NCBI GenBank assembly: GCA_040754655.1
Contig: JBFMCE010000039.1
Coordinates: forward strand, 1 to 36,226
Reading direction: 5' to 3'
Length of the DNA stretch: 36,226 nucleotides
DNA from: Bdellovibrionota bacterium
GTDB taxonomy: Bacteria; Bdellovibrionota; UBA1018; UBA923
Part shown: piece by piece, positions 27,582 through 36,226 of the stretch
How the letters are laid out: every line of letters begins with the position of its first letter
How positions within the stretch are numbered: position 1 is the first letter of the stretch
Position numbers and translations under genes: made by a program
The notes under the pieces: generated by a model
The model's input: only the letters and a program-made list of their open reading frames with translations
Told to the model about the DNA's origin: nothing
Database searches by the model: none

Positions 27582-29227
27582 CATTTGAGCCTCTGAAGCT
27601 TCATTTGATCGCGAGATTAGCGGCGGTCTTCATCTTTCTGGCGGCATTCTTCTTAAGAGCGGGCGACTTCTTGATCGCCGATGAAATCGATTTCGCGAAG
27701 CCTTTGGCGAAATGGGTGACCGACGGGCCTCAGCGTGAAGGTTTGTGGCATTCACCTTTTTATCCTTGGCTCGTTTCGAACCTGGGTAGATGGTTTGGAT
27801 TCACGCCTGCAGTAAAACATTCTATTGGGTTCTTCACGATAATAGTGACCGCGATGTTCTTGTATCGCGCTGCACTTGCGGTGCGACCTAGGCTCGAAGA
27901 GTGGAAACGAACCGCCTTGATTGTCATCGGTCTTTTATTCCCGGTTTCGCTCAGTTCCAGCCTGCTGCTCGATTATGACACCACGTTGTTGATGGCAGCT
28001 ACGGCCGGCTACTTTTATCTCATTGCCAGTCATTATAGCGATAGCGGCAATCGCAAAAAGCCCGTCGGTGATTTCTCGAAAATCGCGGTTCTAGGAAGCT
28101 CGTTGGGTCTTTGCTTGATGGCAAAAGAAACCACCCCGTTGGTTTATCCTTTGGCGATATTCGTTGCCGAGTGGCGTCGCTCGAGTTTTGTTCGAGGCCT
28201 TTTTCTCTCGGTTTGTAGCGCCGTTTGGGGGATCTTCTTTTTTCTGGGCGCTGCATGGTCGTGGTGCCAGTATTATGCGTTGCCTCTTTCTGCCGTATTT
28301 GAAATGGATCTTCTCGGTCTTAAGATTCACGGAGGTGCGGCCGCTCCATGGGCCGTTCTGAGTATGCAGGCAAGCCTTTGGGTGAAATCTTTTCCCGTGA
28401 TTTGGGTCGGACCCCCGTTGTTAGTTTTATTTGTAGCCTACCTTCCGAGGTTCTTCCGCGGCAATGGCGCCACGGGCGGCATTACTGCCGTCATTGTAGC
28501 GGTTTTGCTGGCGTACACATTTGTCCTACGTCAAATGACCTATTACCACCCCAAGTACATGGCACCCGTGTTGCCATGGCTCGCTTGGTTGTGCATCTTA
28601 GAGTTGCCGTCAAAATTAGAAGCGAGCAGATCTTCTCTGCTGGGGTGGATGGCTGGAATTTTTGCGTGGTTTCTCGTTTTATCGAGCCCTCTAGAGGTTT
28701 TGTACAGTCGGCACCTCACGGCCCTCTTGCAATCTTTGATGATCTTTCTCGGTCCGTTAGCTTTCTGGGTTGTTTTTCGCTTTTCTAGCCAGGTTAAGAA
28801 AAGAAGTGTGATTCCCAATGCGTCAATGATGGTTCTCTTTTTAACGTTGGGTCTGTGCGCTTCTTATGCGAAGTCAGCGCTCTTTTCGGGTCGATCCATC
28901 ACCTATTGGTATGGTGAGCAGGCTATCAGCGAGGCTGTGGCAATTGCGAAAAAGTGGCAGGCAAATTATCCTGACGGTGCGCTCTATGCGCCTGCCAAAG
29001 ACATCGCGTGGGCTACTCGAAGTCTGAACGGCGTAGAACTTCCCAAAGACGAACTTGCGGCGCAGTCGTCAAGGCTTTGCGGGAAAAAAGACCCATTCTT
29101 GATTATCACGCGGGTGCGCGAAGATTCTTCTTTGATCTCTGGCAGGGGTTTGGAAAGACTTCGAACCTGTCTAAAGCATGTGCAGATTGGCAAAGACATC
29201 GTGTGGGCCGCGAATCGTTCATTTTAA
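27575..29227 (+). CDS. GT-C membrane glycosyltransferase (ArnT/PMT-like)
   Basis: ADE after TM1, WHSPFYPWL, AKET, PKYMAPVLP; many TMs. Confidence 0.75.
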   Translation: MSAFEPLKLHLIARLAAVFIFLAAFFLRAGDFLIADEIDFAKPLAKWVTDGPQREGLWHSPFYPWLVSNLGRWFGFTPAVKHSIGFFTIIVTAMFLYRAALAVRPRLEEWKRTALIVIGLLFPVSLSSSLLLDYDTTLLMAATAGYFYLIASHYSDSGNRKKPVGDFSKIAVLGSSLGLCLMAKETTPLVYPLAIFVAEWRRSSFVRGLFLSVCSAVWGIFFFLGAAWSWCQYYALPLSAVFEMDLLGLKIHGGAAAPWAVLSMQASLWVKSFPVIWVGPPLLVLFVAYLPRFFRGNGATGGITAVIVAVLLAYTFVLRQMTYYHPKYMAPVLPWLAWLCILELPSKLEASRSSLLGWMAGIFAWFLVLSSPLEVLYSRHLTALLQSLMIFLGPLAFWVVFRFSSQVKKRSVIPNASMMVLFLTLGLCASYAKSALFSGRSITYWYGEQAISEAVAIAKKWQANYPDGALYAPAKDIAWATRSLNGVELPKDELAAQSSRLCGKKDPFLIITRVREDSSLISGRGLERLRTCLKHVQIGKDIVWAANRSF

Positions 29228-29257
29228 GTTGAGCAGATGCAAGATTTTCAACAGATC

Positions 29258-31144
29258 CTATCGGATCCCATTCTTTTTGGCCCAGTGATCTAGCACCAAC
29301 AGAGCCCACAGCGGTTTTGAATTGTCTTCTTCGAGTGCCGCGTGTTTTTGATTCCACTCTTTAAAGACAGTTCGGTTCAAATAATTTGAGTCCCAAAGAG
29401 GTGATCCTTCGAGCGTTTTCTTGATCTGAGATTGAAGCGGCCCACGAATCCACTTGCTCAGCGGGATGCCGAAGCCTTTCTTTTTTCGCGTCAAGATTTC
29501 GCGCGGCAAATGCTCTGCTGCTGCTTTTTTCAAAAGATACTTCCCGTTTTTTCCTCGAAGTTTATAATGAGAAGGAAGTGAAAATGACCACCTTACGAAC
29601 TCGTTGTCGAGAAATGGAGGTCGAACCTCAAGCCCATGAGCCATTGAGGCGCGATCAACTTTCGTGAGCACCGATCCGGGCAGATAGGTTTGAAAATCAA
29701 GTCGCAACATTTGGTTGATCAGATCCTTTTCCCCGGCCTGCGTCGAAAGACGCGTGAATTGTTCAAGCGGGTCTGTGAAACTTGAAACAGCTTCCTTGAG
29801 TTTCTTGAGATCTGTGTTTGAAAGCCATCTAAGATGGCAAGCAAAGGGATCTTTATCCCACCTCAGGAAGAATCTTTTAAGCTTCCATTCCAGTGGTTGG
29901 TATCTATCTTCGACCGGCAGCTTGGCGATAACCGGATCGATCAACCCTTGTCTTGCAGACTCAGGAATCCACCTCATCCATCTTTCAAGTTTATGCGCAA
30001 GGTAGGTTGGGTAACCTGCCCAAAGCTCATCGCCACCATCGCCGCCCAAGACCACTTTGACCTGCTTTGAGGCTAACTCAGAGAGAATGTAAGTCGGGAT
30101 CAACGACGGATCGGCCATTGGCTCATCAAGGCTTGAAAGAATCTCAGAGACCCTGTCTACCATGTCGGCTTCGGTGAATCTCTGTTCAAAGTGCCTTGAC
30201 TTGATGTGCTGAGAAACAAGGCGCGCGTATTCGCTTTCATCAAACGTCTTTTCCTCGAAAGCGATTGAAAATGTTTGAATGGGCTCAGTCGAATTGGCTT
30301 GTGCAAGCGTTGCTATGCAAGAAGAATCGATGCCCCCGCTCAAGAAGACGCCTACGGGCACGTCGGCCACGAGTTGCCGTTTCACGGCGAGGCTTAAACT
30401 TTGCCAGAGCAAGTCTTTGAGCTCTTCCTCGGAAGAAAATGAGCTTACTTTGGCTTCAAGCCAGCCTTCTTCGACAAATGGAAGCTGTGCTGACGTTCGT
30501 CCGTTGTTCCATCTCACGTAGTGACCAGGCGAGAGTTTTTTTACGCCTGACAAGATCGCCCCCGGCGAATGAACGTAGTCTTGAAAAAAATATGAACTCA
30601 ACGCTTCGTGTGAGAGAGCCTTGTCTACGCGGGGATGTTCGAAAAATGCGGCAAGTTCAGACGCGAAGATCAAACCTCCATCAGGTAAAGCCGCGTAATA
30701 CAACGGTTTGATTCCTGCTCGGTCGCGTGCAAGAATGAGCTCTTCTTTTTGTCTATTCCAAACCGCGAATGCGAACATGCCGTTAAGCGCTGAAAAACTA
30801 GCCAATCCCTGAGCCTCAAACAAGCGCAAGAGCACTTCGGTGTCAGATCGCGTTTTGAAACGAAAGCGATTGCCAAGCTTGTGATACGACTTTAAATCGG
30901 CGAAGTTGAATATCTCGCCGTTGAAGACGATCTGCACCGAACCGTCGTCATTTCCGAGAGGTTGTTTTCCTCCTTCGATATCAATGATCGAAAGACGGCG
31001 ATGGCCCAGGTGAATTTGCCACTCTTTTGACTGCGCAAGCCACGATCCTTCGTCATCGGGGCCTCGATGGCTGATTCGCGAGAGCATCCGATTCAAAGTG
31101 CCAGAGTCTTGTTTTTTTTCGATGAAGCCAGCTATACCGCACAT
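29258..31144 (-). CDS. asnB: Asparagine synthase (glutamine-hydrolysing)-family amidotransferase
   Basis: MCGIAG, HRGPD, HRRLSIID, NGEIFN, LSGGIDSS, GDGGDE, KVDRASMAHGLEVR. Confidence 0.93.
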   Translation of the reverse strand: MCGIAGFIEKKQDSGTLNRMLSRISHRGPDDEGSWLAQSKEWQIHLGHRRLSIIDIEGGKQPLGNDDGSVQIVFNGEIFNFADLKSYHKLGNRFRFKTRSDTEVLLRLFEAQGLASFSALNGMFAFAVWNRQKEELILARDRAGIKPLYYAALPDGGLIFASELAAFFEHPRVDKALSHEALSSYFFQDYVHSPGAILSGVKKLSPGHYVRWNNGRTSAQLPFVEEGWLEAKVSSFSSEEELKDLLWQSLSLAVKRQLVADVPVGVFLSGGIDSSCIATLAQANSTEPIQTFSIAFEEKTFDESEYARLVSQHIKSRHFEQRFTEADMVDRVSEILSSLDEPMADPSLIPTYILSELASKQVKVVLGGDGGDELWAGYPTYLAHKLERWMRWIPESARQGLIDPVIAKLPVEDRYQPLEWKLKRFFLRWDKDPFACHLRWLSNTDLKKLKEAVSSFTDPLEQFTRLSTQAGEKDLINQMLRLDFQTYLPGSVLTKVDRASMAHGLEVRPPFLDNEFVRWSFSLPSHYKLRGKNGKYLLKKAAAEHLPREILTRKKKGFGIPLSKWIRGPLQSQIKKTLEGSPLWDSNYLNRTVFKEWNQKHAALEEDNSKPLWALLVLDHWAKKNGIR

Positions 31145-31149
31145 TTTTT

Positions 31150-32109
31150 CTACGCCGTTTGTTTCTGCGAAAAATTCAGCTTTGTTTTTATCAGGTAGGT
31201 CGGTTTTGTCTGTGATTCGAAGTAGGTTCGAATGTTCATTTCAGCAATTAGTCCGAGCCCGAAAAATTGAACTCCAATGACTGCAAAGATGACGGAGAGA
31301 ATGAACAAAGGATTCTTGTGCACCCAGATCCCAAGAGCAAATTTCTCGTAAAGCACGAAAGCAGATGCCGCTAAGCCGGCAAGCATCAAGACGATGCCGG
31401 TTCCTCCAAAAACGTAGATGGGTTTTGTTTGGAATCCTCTCATGAACCAAACCGTGATCAGGTCTAAGACCACCTTGAAAGTGCGGCTCAACCCGTACTT
31501 CGACACCCCTCTAGAGCGTGGTCTGTGATTCACATCGAATTCGATCACCCTCGCTCCAAGGCCCTCAACCAATACGCCGATGAACCGGTGCATCTCGCCA
31601 TAAAGCCTCAGCTCGTCTGTGATTTCCCTACGGTAAACTTTCAGTGAACAACCCAAGTCATGCAGTGTGGTCTTGGTGACCCACCGGATAATGCGGTTCG
31701 CTATCATCGAAGGAAATTTGCGGAGAAAGAAACCATCCTTGCGATTCTTGCGACGGCCGGCAACGAAATCATAACCTTTGTCGAGAAGCCCTATCATTTG
31801 CGGAATATCGCGCGGGTCGTTTTGACCATCAGAGTCCATCGTGACGATCACATTGCCCGAAGCGTGGCGAAAGCCTGCTTCAAAGGCAGCCGTCTGCCCA
31901 GCATTGCGGCGAAACAAAATTACCCGCAGCATAGGATATTCCTGAGCGAGCTTTTCCAGCAGCGCAGGGCCTCCATCGCTGCTTCCATCATCAACGGCGA
32001 TGATTTCATAGCTGCGGCCCATCTCTCTCAAGACGCCCTGCAGCTCTGTCAGCAAGGGAACGAGGTTTTCTCGTTCATTATAGATCGGAAGTAAAACCGT
32101 TATATCCAT
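31150..32109 (-). CDS. GT2 undecaprenyl-phosphate glycosyltransferase (ArnC/GtrB-like)
   Basis: PIYNE, VDDGSSD, RNAGQTAA, MDSDGQNDP, EMHRFI; two C-terminal TMs. Confidence 0.9.
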   Translation of the reverse strand: MDITVLLPIYNERENLVPLLTELQGVLREMGRSYEIIAVDDGSSDGGPALLEKLAQEYPMLRVILFRRNAGQTAAFEAGFRHASGNVIVTMDSDGQNDPRDIPQMIGLLDKGYDFVAGRRKNRKDGFFLRKFPSMIANRIIRWVTKTTLHDLGCSLKVYRREITDELRLYGEMHRFIGVLVEGLGARVIEFDVNHRPRSRGVSKYGLSRTFKVVLDLITVWFMRGFQTKPIYVFGGTGIVLMLAGLAASAFVLYEKFALGIWVHKNPLFILSVIFAVIGVQFFGLGLIAEMNIRTYFESQTKPTYLIKTKLNFSQKQTA

Positions 32110-32130
32110 GAAATTTCTCGATAAAATGAA

Positions 32131-32159
32131 AACCTACACAGGGCGCATTTCTTTTGCAA
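32131..32159 (-). promoter_or_regulatory. Putative promoter of the GT2-asnB operon
   Basis: TTGCAA, 17 nt (ending TGTG), TAGGTT. Confidence 0.5.
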
Positions 32160-32201
32160 TCCCGCTTTTCTGCCCGCGCTCAATCAAAGCACTCTGAATT
32201 C

Positions 32202-32230
32202 TAGACATCACCGCGTGACAGACGTATTCT
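32202..32230 (+). promoter_or_regulatory. Putative thyA promoter
   Basis: TAGACA, 17 nt, TATTCT; GAGGT Shine-Dalgarno before the GTG. Confidence 0.55.
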
Positions 32231-32264
32231 GGTTTTGTCTGCTGCAAGCTGAAGAGGTGCCAGA

Positions 32265-33059
32265 GTGAAGCAATATCTAGACCTACTCAAACATGTCCTC
32301 GAAAAAGGAACTAAGAAGAGCGATCGCACTGGAACGGGAACGCTCAGTTGTTTTGGTTATCAGATGAGGTTTGATCTGGCTGATGGCTTTCCTCTCGTGA
32401 CGACGAAAAAGCTTCACGTAAAATCGATCATCCATGAGCTGCTCTGGTTTCTTGAGGGCGACACCAACGTCGCCGGTCTTCAAAAAAACGGCGTCTCGAT
32501 TTGGAACGAATGGGCTGATGAAAAAGGTGATCTTGGCCCAGTCTATGGCTACCAGTGGAGGCAATGGCCCACGGCGGATGGGCGTAAGGTTGATCAAATC
32601 AGCAATTTGATTTCGCAGATCAAAAAGAATCCCGATTCACGCAGGCTCATCGTCAGTGCTTGGAACGTGGCTGACATCGATCGAATGGCCCTTCCTCCCT
32701 GCCATGCTCTTTTCCAGTTTTACGTCGCGGATGGAAGGCTTTCTTGCCAGCTTTATCAACGAAGCGCGGATGTCTTTTTGGGTGTTCCCTTCAATATCGC
32801 TTCGTATGCACTGCTGACGATGATGGTGGCGCAGGTTTGCGATCTAAAACCGGGCGAGTTTGTCCACACCTTCGGGGATGTGCATCTCTACCTCAATCAC
32901 GTTGAGCAAGCGCAGCTTCAGATCACGCGGGAACCCCATCTTCTTCCGACGATGCAGCTCAATCCCGATGTGAAATCGATCTTTGATTTCAAGTTTGAAG
33001 ATTTCACTCTTAAAGACTATCAACCGCATCCACACATCAAAGCCCCGGTGGCTGTGTGA
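32265..33059 (+). CDS. thyA: Thymidylate synthase
   Basis: [38 protein letters not shown]. Confidence 0.98.
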   Translation: MKQYLDLLKHVLEKGTKKSDRTGTGTLSCFGYQMRFDLADGFPLVTTKKLHVKSIIHELLWFLEGDTNVAGLQKNGVSIWNEWADEKGDLGPVYGYQWRQWPTADGRKVDQISNLISQIKKNPDSRRLIVSAWNVADIDRMALPPCHALFQFYVADGRLSCQLYQRSADVFLGVPFNIASYALLTMMVAQVCDLKPGEFVHTFGDVHLYLNHVEQAQLQITREPHLLPTMQLNPDVKSIFDFKFEDFTLKDYQPHPHIKAPVAV

Positions 33060-33544
33060 TCTCTCTGATCGTCGCGATGGATCGCAATCGCGTGATAGGT
33101 GTCGAAAACAAATTGCCCTGGCACTTGCCTGCAGATCTCAAACGTTTCAAAACCCTCACGATGGGCCATCACATCATCATGGGACGCAAGACATATGAGT
33201 CGATCGGAAAACCACTGCCTGGACGCATGAATGTCGTCGTGACCCGGCAAGCTGGTCTTAAGATCGAGGGGTGCAAGGTTGTGCACTCGCTGGAAGCCGC
33301 CGTTAAACTAGCTCAAGGCGATAACGAAGCGTTTATCATCGGTGGGGCGGAACTTTTTTCTCAGGCGCTGGAATTCGTCGAAAAAATATACTTAACGCGT
33401 GTTGAGACCAAAGTGCACCGGGGTGATACGTACTTTCCTGAAATCGAGCCTTTAGAGTGGGATTTGATCGAAGAATCTTCCTATTCGGCGGATGAAAAGA
33501 ACCCATTTGCTTATACTTACCTTACATACCTGAAAAAGCAGTGA
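33056..33544 (+). CDS. folA: Dihydrofolate reductase
   Basis: [46 protein letters not shown] overlap with thyA. Confidence 0.97.
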   Translation: MISLIVAMDRNRVIGVENKLPWHLPADLKRFKTLTMGHHIIMGRKTYESIGKPLPGRMNVVVTRQAGLKIEGCKVVHSLEAAVKLAQGDNEAFIIGGAELFSQALEFVEKIYLTRVETKVHRGDTYFPEIEPLEWDLIEESSYSADEKNPFAYTYLTYLKKQ

Positions 33545-33553
33545 TCGAGTTCG

Positions 33554-34273
33554 TCAGCGCTTTTGGGCCGGGGAAGAGCGGTTCTCCGTTAATTGCCGGC
33601 ACACCATCCTGTATATGAGTTTTTCGCCGCCGACGAGGTGTTGTCTCCAGAAGCCTTTCTCATGATACGTGACTTCAACGCTTCTCGGATCAGCCATAGA
33701 GGGATCAAAAGCGATGGATGCGCTAAAGATCTGGATCTCGTCGTAAAGAGCGCTCTTAAACGGATTTCGAAACGAAGAATAAAATTTAAATTCGTGGGCG
33801 TCGGTGGTGAGCCATTGTTTTTTCATCTGGTCTCTTGTTTCTTCAAAAGTGAACCCGGCACGCAAAGGAGTTTGCCAAACTTCATTTGGGTTTGAGCGTC
33901 GCGCAAGCCCGCTGTCGTGAACAGTGTCTTTTGGGAATGCAATTTCATCTTTTACTCGCACATCAAACGCAAAAAAATCAAAGACCCCGGTGAGTGGAGA
34001 CTTCGACTCGTGACCAATGGGCATTGAGAGATCGATTCTCTTCTCAGTGGTCCGCTGGAACACAAGCGAGCACGGCTCACCCGTCACATCAACCACCTTA
34101 TAGGTCACCTTGCCTTCGATAACGCATTTTTCATGAAACGTACCTTGAGCGATGCCATCGTATCGAAGCTCGCCGCCGTTTTCGAGTGCGCGTTCAAACG
34201 GGCCTGGGCCTTGCGCCCATCCAAGTGTAGAGATTAATAATGAGAAGAAAACTAAACTTAAAGTCTTTCGCAT
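33554..34273 (-). CDS. Hypothetical secreted protein
   Basis: MRKTLSLVFFSLLISTLGWA signal peptide; no recognised domain. Confidence 0.65.
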   Translation of the reverse strand: MRKTLSLVFFSLLISTLGWAQGPGPFERALENGGELRYDGIAQGTFHEKCVIEGKVTYKVVDVTGEPCSLVFQRTTEKRIDLSMPIGHESKSPLTGVFDFFAFDVRVKDEIAFPKDTVHDSGLARRSNPNEVWQTPLRAGFTFEETRDQMKKQWLTTDAHEFKFYSSFRNPFKSALYDEIQIFSASIAFDPSMADPRSVEVTYHEKGFWRQHLVGGEKLIYRMVCRQLTENRSSPAQKR

Positions 34274-34357
34274 CTTAATGCGAGCCTTTATCACGAAGCG
34301 GTGGATTTTACCGCCTATTTTGGTAGGAAGACCATCTTCACTAGCGAGGGTTTTAGG

Positions 34358-35215
34358 ATGTTTGTTTTAGTTAAAGCATTTTTATTTGTCTTTTTAACAG
34401 GCTCTCTTTTCTTTGAGTCGCGTAGTTACGCCTCAGGCGTGCGAATTTACCGCGCAAAGCCCTGTGAGCTCACGCTTATTGGAAGATCAAACCTCGAGAG
34501 TGCAAATGAATCGAGGCACCTGGAAGGCTTTCCAGCGCGACTGCCGGCAAGCCCCGTGTTTTCAAAGCGGGAATTATCGCGAATCAGAAAACTATTTGAT
34601 TCTTATGACATGGGTCTTCGCAGGGATTCTGCTGATGACTACTACCCCTCTATGGCGCAACTACCCTATTTCACATTGAAAGTTCGATTAACGGAAACAA
34701 GACGAGCTGAGATCTTGAGCATTAAACCGAACGTGCGCGAAGAACCCTTTAAGAACAAGCGCCTTCCTAAGAGGCTTGCGCAAGCGATGGTCGACGCGGT
34801 GTTAGAGCGCGCAAGAGAGCAGTTTCCTGAACATCATGCCGATTTTATCAGGCCTCAAGGATTTTACGTTGATATCTCCTTCATCCGCTATCTCTTGCCT
34901 TACGGAGAGCGCACCGCGGGTGTGCATTGGCACAATGATGGTCTGTCAGATGTTCAAACGATCATTCCCATTCGCATTCCTAGAAATCTCAAAGGAGGCA
35001 GGATTTTCATCGAAGAGCGTCCTTATGATCCGAAGGGGAATCGAGTGCTTGCCATTGAGCCTCGGACGAATCGGATGATCTTGTTTTTAGGAAATGAAGA
35101 GAGTTGGCACAAAGTCGAAGACTTCAGGGTAGAAGGGGTTTCTTCCGGCAACGCCATTCGAGATGTGCTTGGCGTGTCGTTCAGCACGTCTTACAGCGAG
35201 GGGCAGTACAGGTAG
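34358..35215 (+). CDS. Signal-peptide protein with a 2OG-Fe(II) oxygenase-like domain
   Basis: HWHND (HxD), LKGG, SWHKVE, downstream RDVL; hydrophobic N-terminus ending SYA. Confidence 0.65.
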   Translation: MFVLVKAFLFVFLTGSLFFESRSYASGVRIYRAKPCELTLIGRSNLESANESRHLEGFPARLPASPVFSKRELSRIRKLFDSYDMGLRRDSADDYYPSMAQLPYFTLKVRLTETRRAEILSIKPNVREEPFKNKRLPKRLAQAMVDAVLERAREQFPEHHADFIRPQGFYVDISFIRYLLPYGERTAGVHWHNDGLSDVQTIIPIRIPRNLKGGRIFIEERPYDPKGNRVLAIEPRTNRMILFLGNEESWHKVEDFRVEGVSSGNAIRDVLGVSFSTSYSEGQYR

Positions 35216-35244
35216 TGCTCTTGGAAAGGTTGCGTTTTGGCGTT

Positions 35245-36192
35245 GTGAGTATTCGTGTCTTGCTGATCTTAAATGTTGTCCTTTCCTGCTGCGGAGCTTT
35301 CGCTAATTCGGCTCGCCCCTATTACGCGCAGATTTTTGAGGACGGGCGGTTTGACATTACGATCGCACTTGGGTTTCAGCAAAAGAAGGCCTTCCCCGGT
35401 CAACAAGACATTCTCACCCCATTTTATGATGCTTGGGGAACCTTGCACCGAGACAAGTTTTTCACCAAACGTGATGTGAACGCGCTCGAGCAGGAAATTT
35501 TGAAATGTGCCGAGTGCAACTTCTCGCTTTCATCACAGGCGCCTGGCGAGCGCGTCTTCGATGCGAACATCAAAGACTTCGCCGGAAGGGCTTTGGTCAT
35601 GAGATTGCGCATGATTTTTCCGGATGAAAATGTCGGTGTGGCTTGGCTTAAACAAGCCTTTATCGAAGCTTTGGGCCACGATGATCTCATCCTCTACCTG
35701 GGTCATTCACGAGACGGAGACGGGTTTCCCGAGTTCGGCTCGCCAATAGGAAGCGTTGGAAGGGTTTTTCACAAAGATCCGGTTTTAGGATGGATGGGCT
35801 TTGAGAAAGGCATTTTCGCTCGAGATAAGTATCAAATTCTTAGCCTCAACAGTTGCAACACTGAAGAGTACTTCTTTCAGGTCTTGCGCGAGCGGGTTTG
35901 GGAAAAACCAGAAACGCTCTTAGGCCTCATTCTCACTCAAGGCGACACCGAATTTGAAGATTACCCCGAGACATCGATTGTTTTGATTCGAGGTCTGTTG
36001 TTGGGTCACGGTGCAGAAAAGTTGCGGGCGGATCTCGAAGGTGCCGCTGCCGAGTACCATCGAAATGACTCGCTTAAATCCAAGGCCCAACCCTTATTTT
36101 TCTTTAGCCAAGTGTTTGATGCGACGGCTCAATCAAAAAAGCAGCCCGTTCGGAAAACTTCCCAAGAACCTTGGTGGACTATCCCTTTTTGA
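35245..36192 (+). CDS. Secreted protein, putative caspase-hemoglobinase-fold (clan CD) peptidase
   Basis: Signal-like segment ending GAFA; LILYLGHS and ILSLNSC motifs. Start uncertain (ORF open from 35104). Confidence 0.55.
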   Translation: MSIRVLLILNVVLSCCGAFANSARPYYAQIFEDGRFDITIALGFQQKKAFPGQQDILTPFYDAWGTLHRDKFFTKRDVNALEQEILKCAECNFSLSSQAPGERVFDANIKDFAGRALVMRLRMIFPDENVGVAWLKQAFIEALGHDDLILYLGHSRDGDGFPEFGSPIGSVGRVFHKDPVLGWMGFEKGIFARDKYQILSLNSCNTEEYFFQVLRERVWEKPETLLGLILTQGDTEFEDYPETSIVLIRGLLLGHGAEKLRADLEGAAAEYHRNDSLKSKAQPLFFFSQVFDATAQSKKQPVRKTSQEPWWTIPF

Positions 36193-36226
36193 AAGAAAAA
36201 CGTCGTTACTTGAAGGCTGAGCGTCT

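Noticed and set aside
33056..33544. Acquired trimethoprim-resistance dfr
   Set aside because: Ordinary thyA-folA operon with no mobile context.
35104..35244. Apparent 112-nt overlap between the last two ORFs
   Set aside because: The signal peptide position points to a start downstream of 35215.
1..36226. CRISPR array or rRNA
   Set aside because: No regularly spaced repeats or rRNA-like sequence seen.

Overview
Bacterial chromosomal window. The gene content (VWA lipoprotein plus OmpA pair, RRM protein, many orphan signal-peptide proteins) suggests Bdellovibrionota or a related deltaproteobacterial lineage, which is an inference. From left to right: (1) the 3' end of a bacterial microcompartment operon (EutE-type aldehyde dehydrogenase, BMC-T, two BMC-P); (2) a HAMP membrane protein and a lytic transglycosylase; (3) prs-pth-ychF and a divergent tRNA-Gln; (4) an accessory tract after the tRNA, all on the minus strand, with orphan secreted proteins, a HigBA-like TA module whose toxin is frameshifted, an HTTM/SdpAB-like pair, a TraB/TIKI-like protein and a GNAT; (5) rbp, SlyD-like, TPR and VanZ genes, a VWA lipoprotein plus OmpA, and hmgA; (6) a lipid-carrier glycosylation cluster (wecB, two GT2, two GT-C-like, an AsnB-like amidotransferase); (7) thyA-folA and three more secreted proteins. 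Notable non-coding signals are several sigma70-like promoters placed for leaderless translation, including a symmetric bidirectional promoter whose -35 boxes are formed by the opposite gene's ATG-TCA start. All family calls come from motif recognition by eye; no searches were run.
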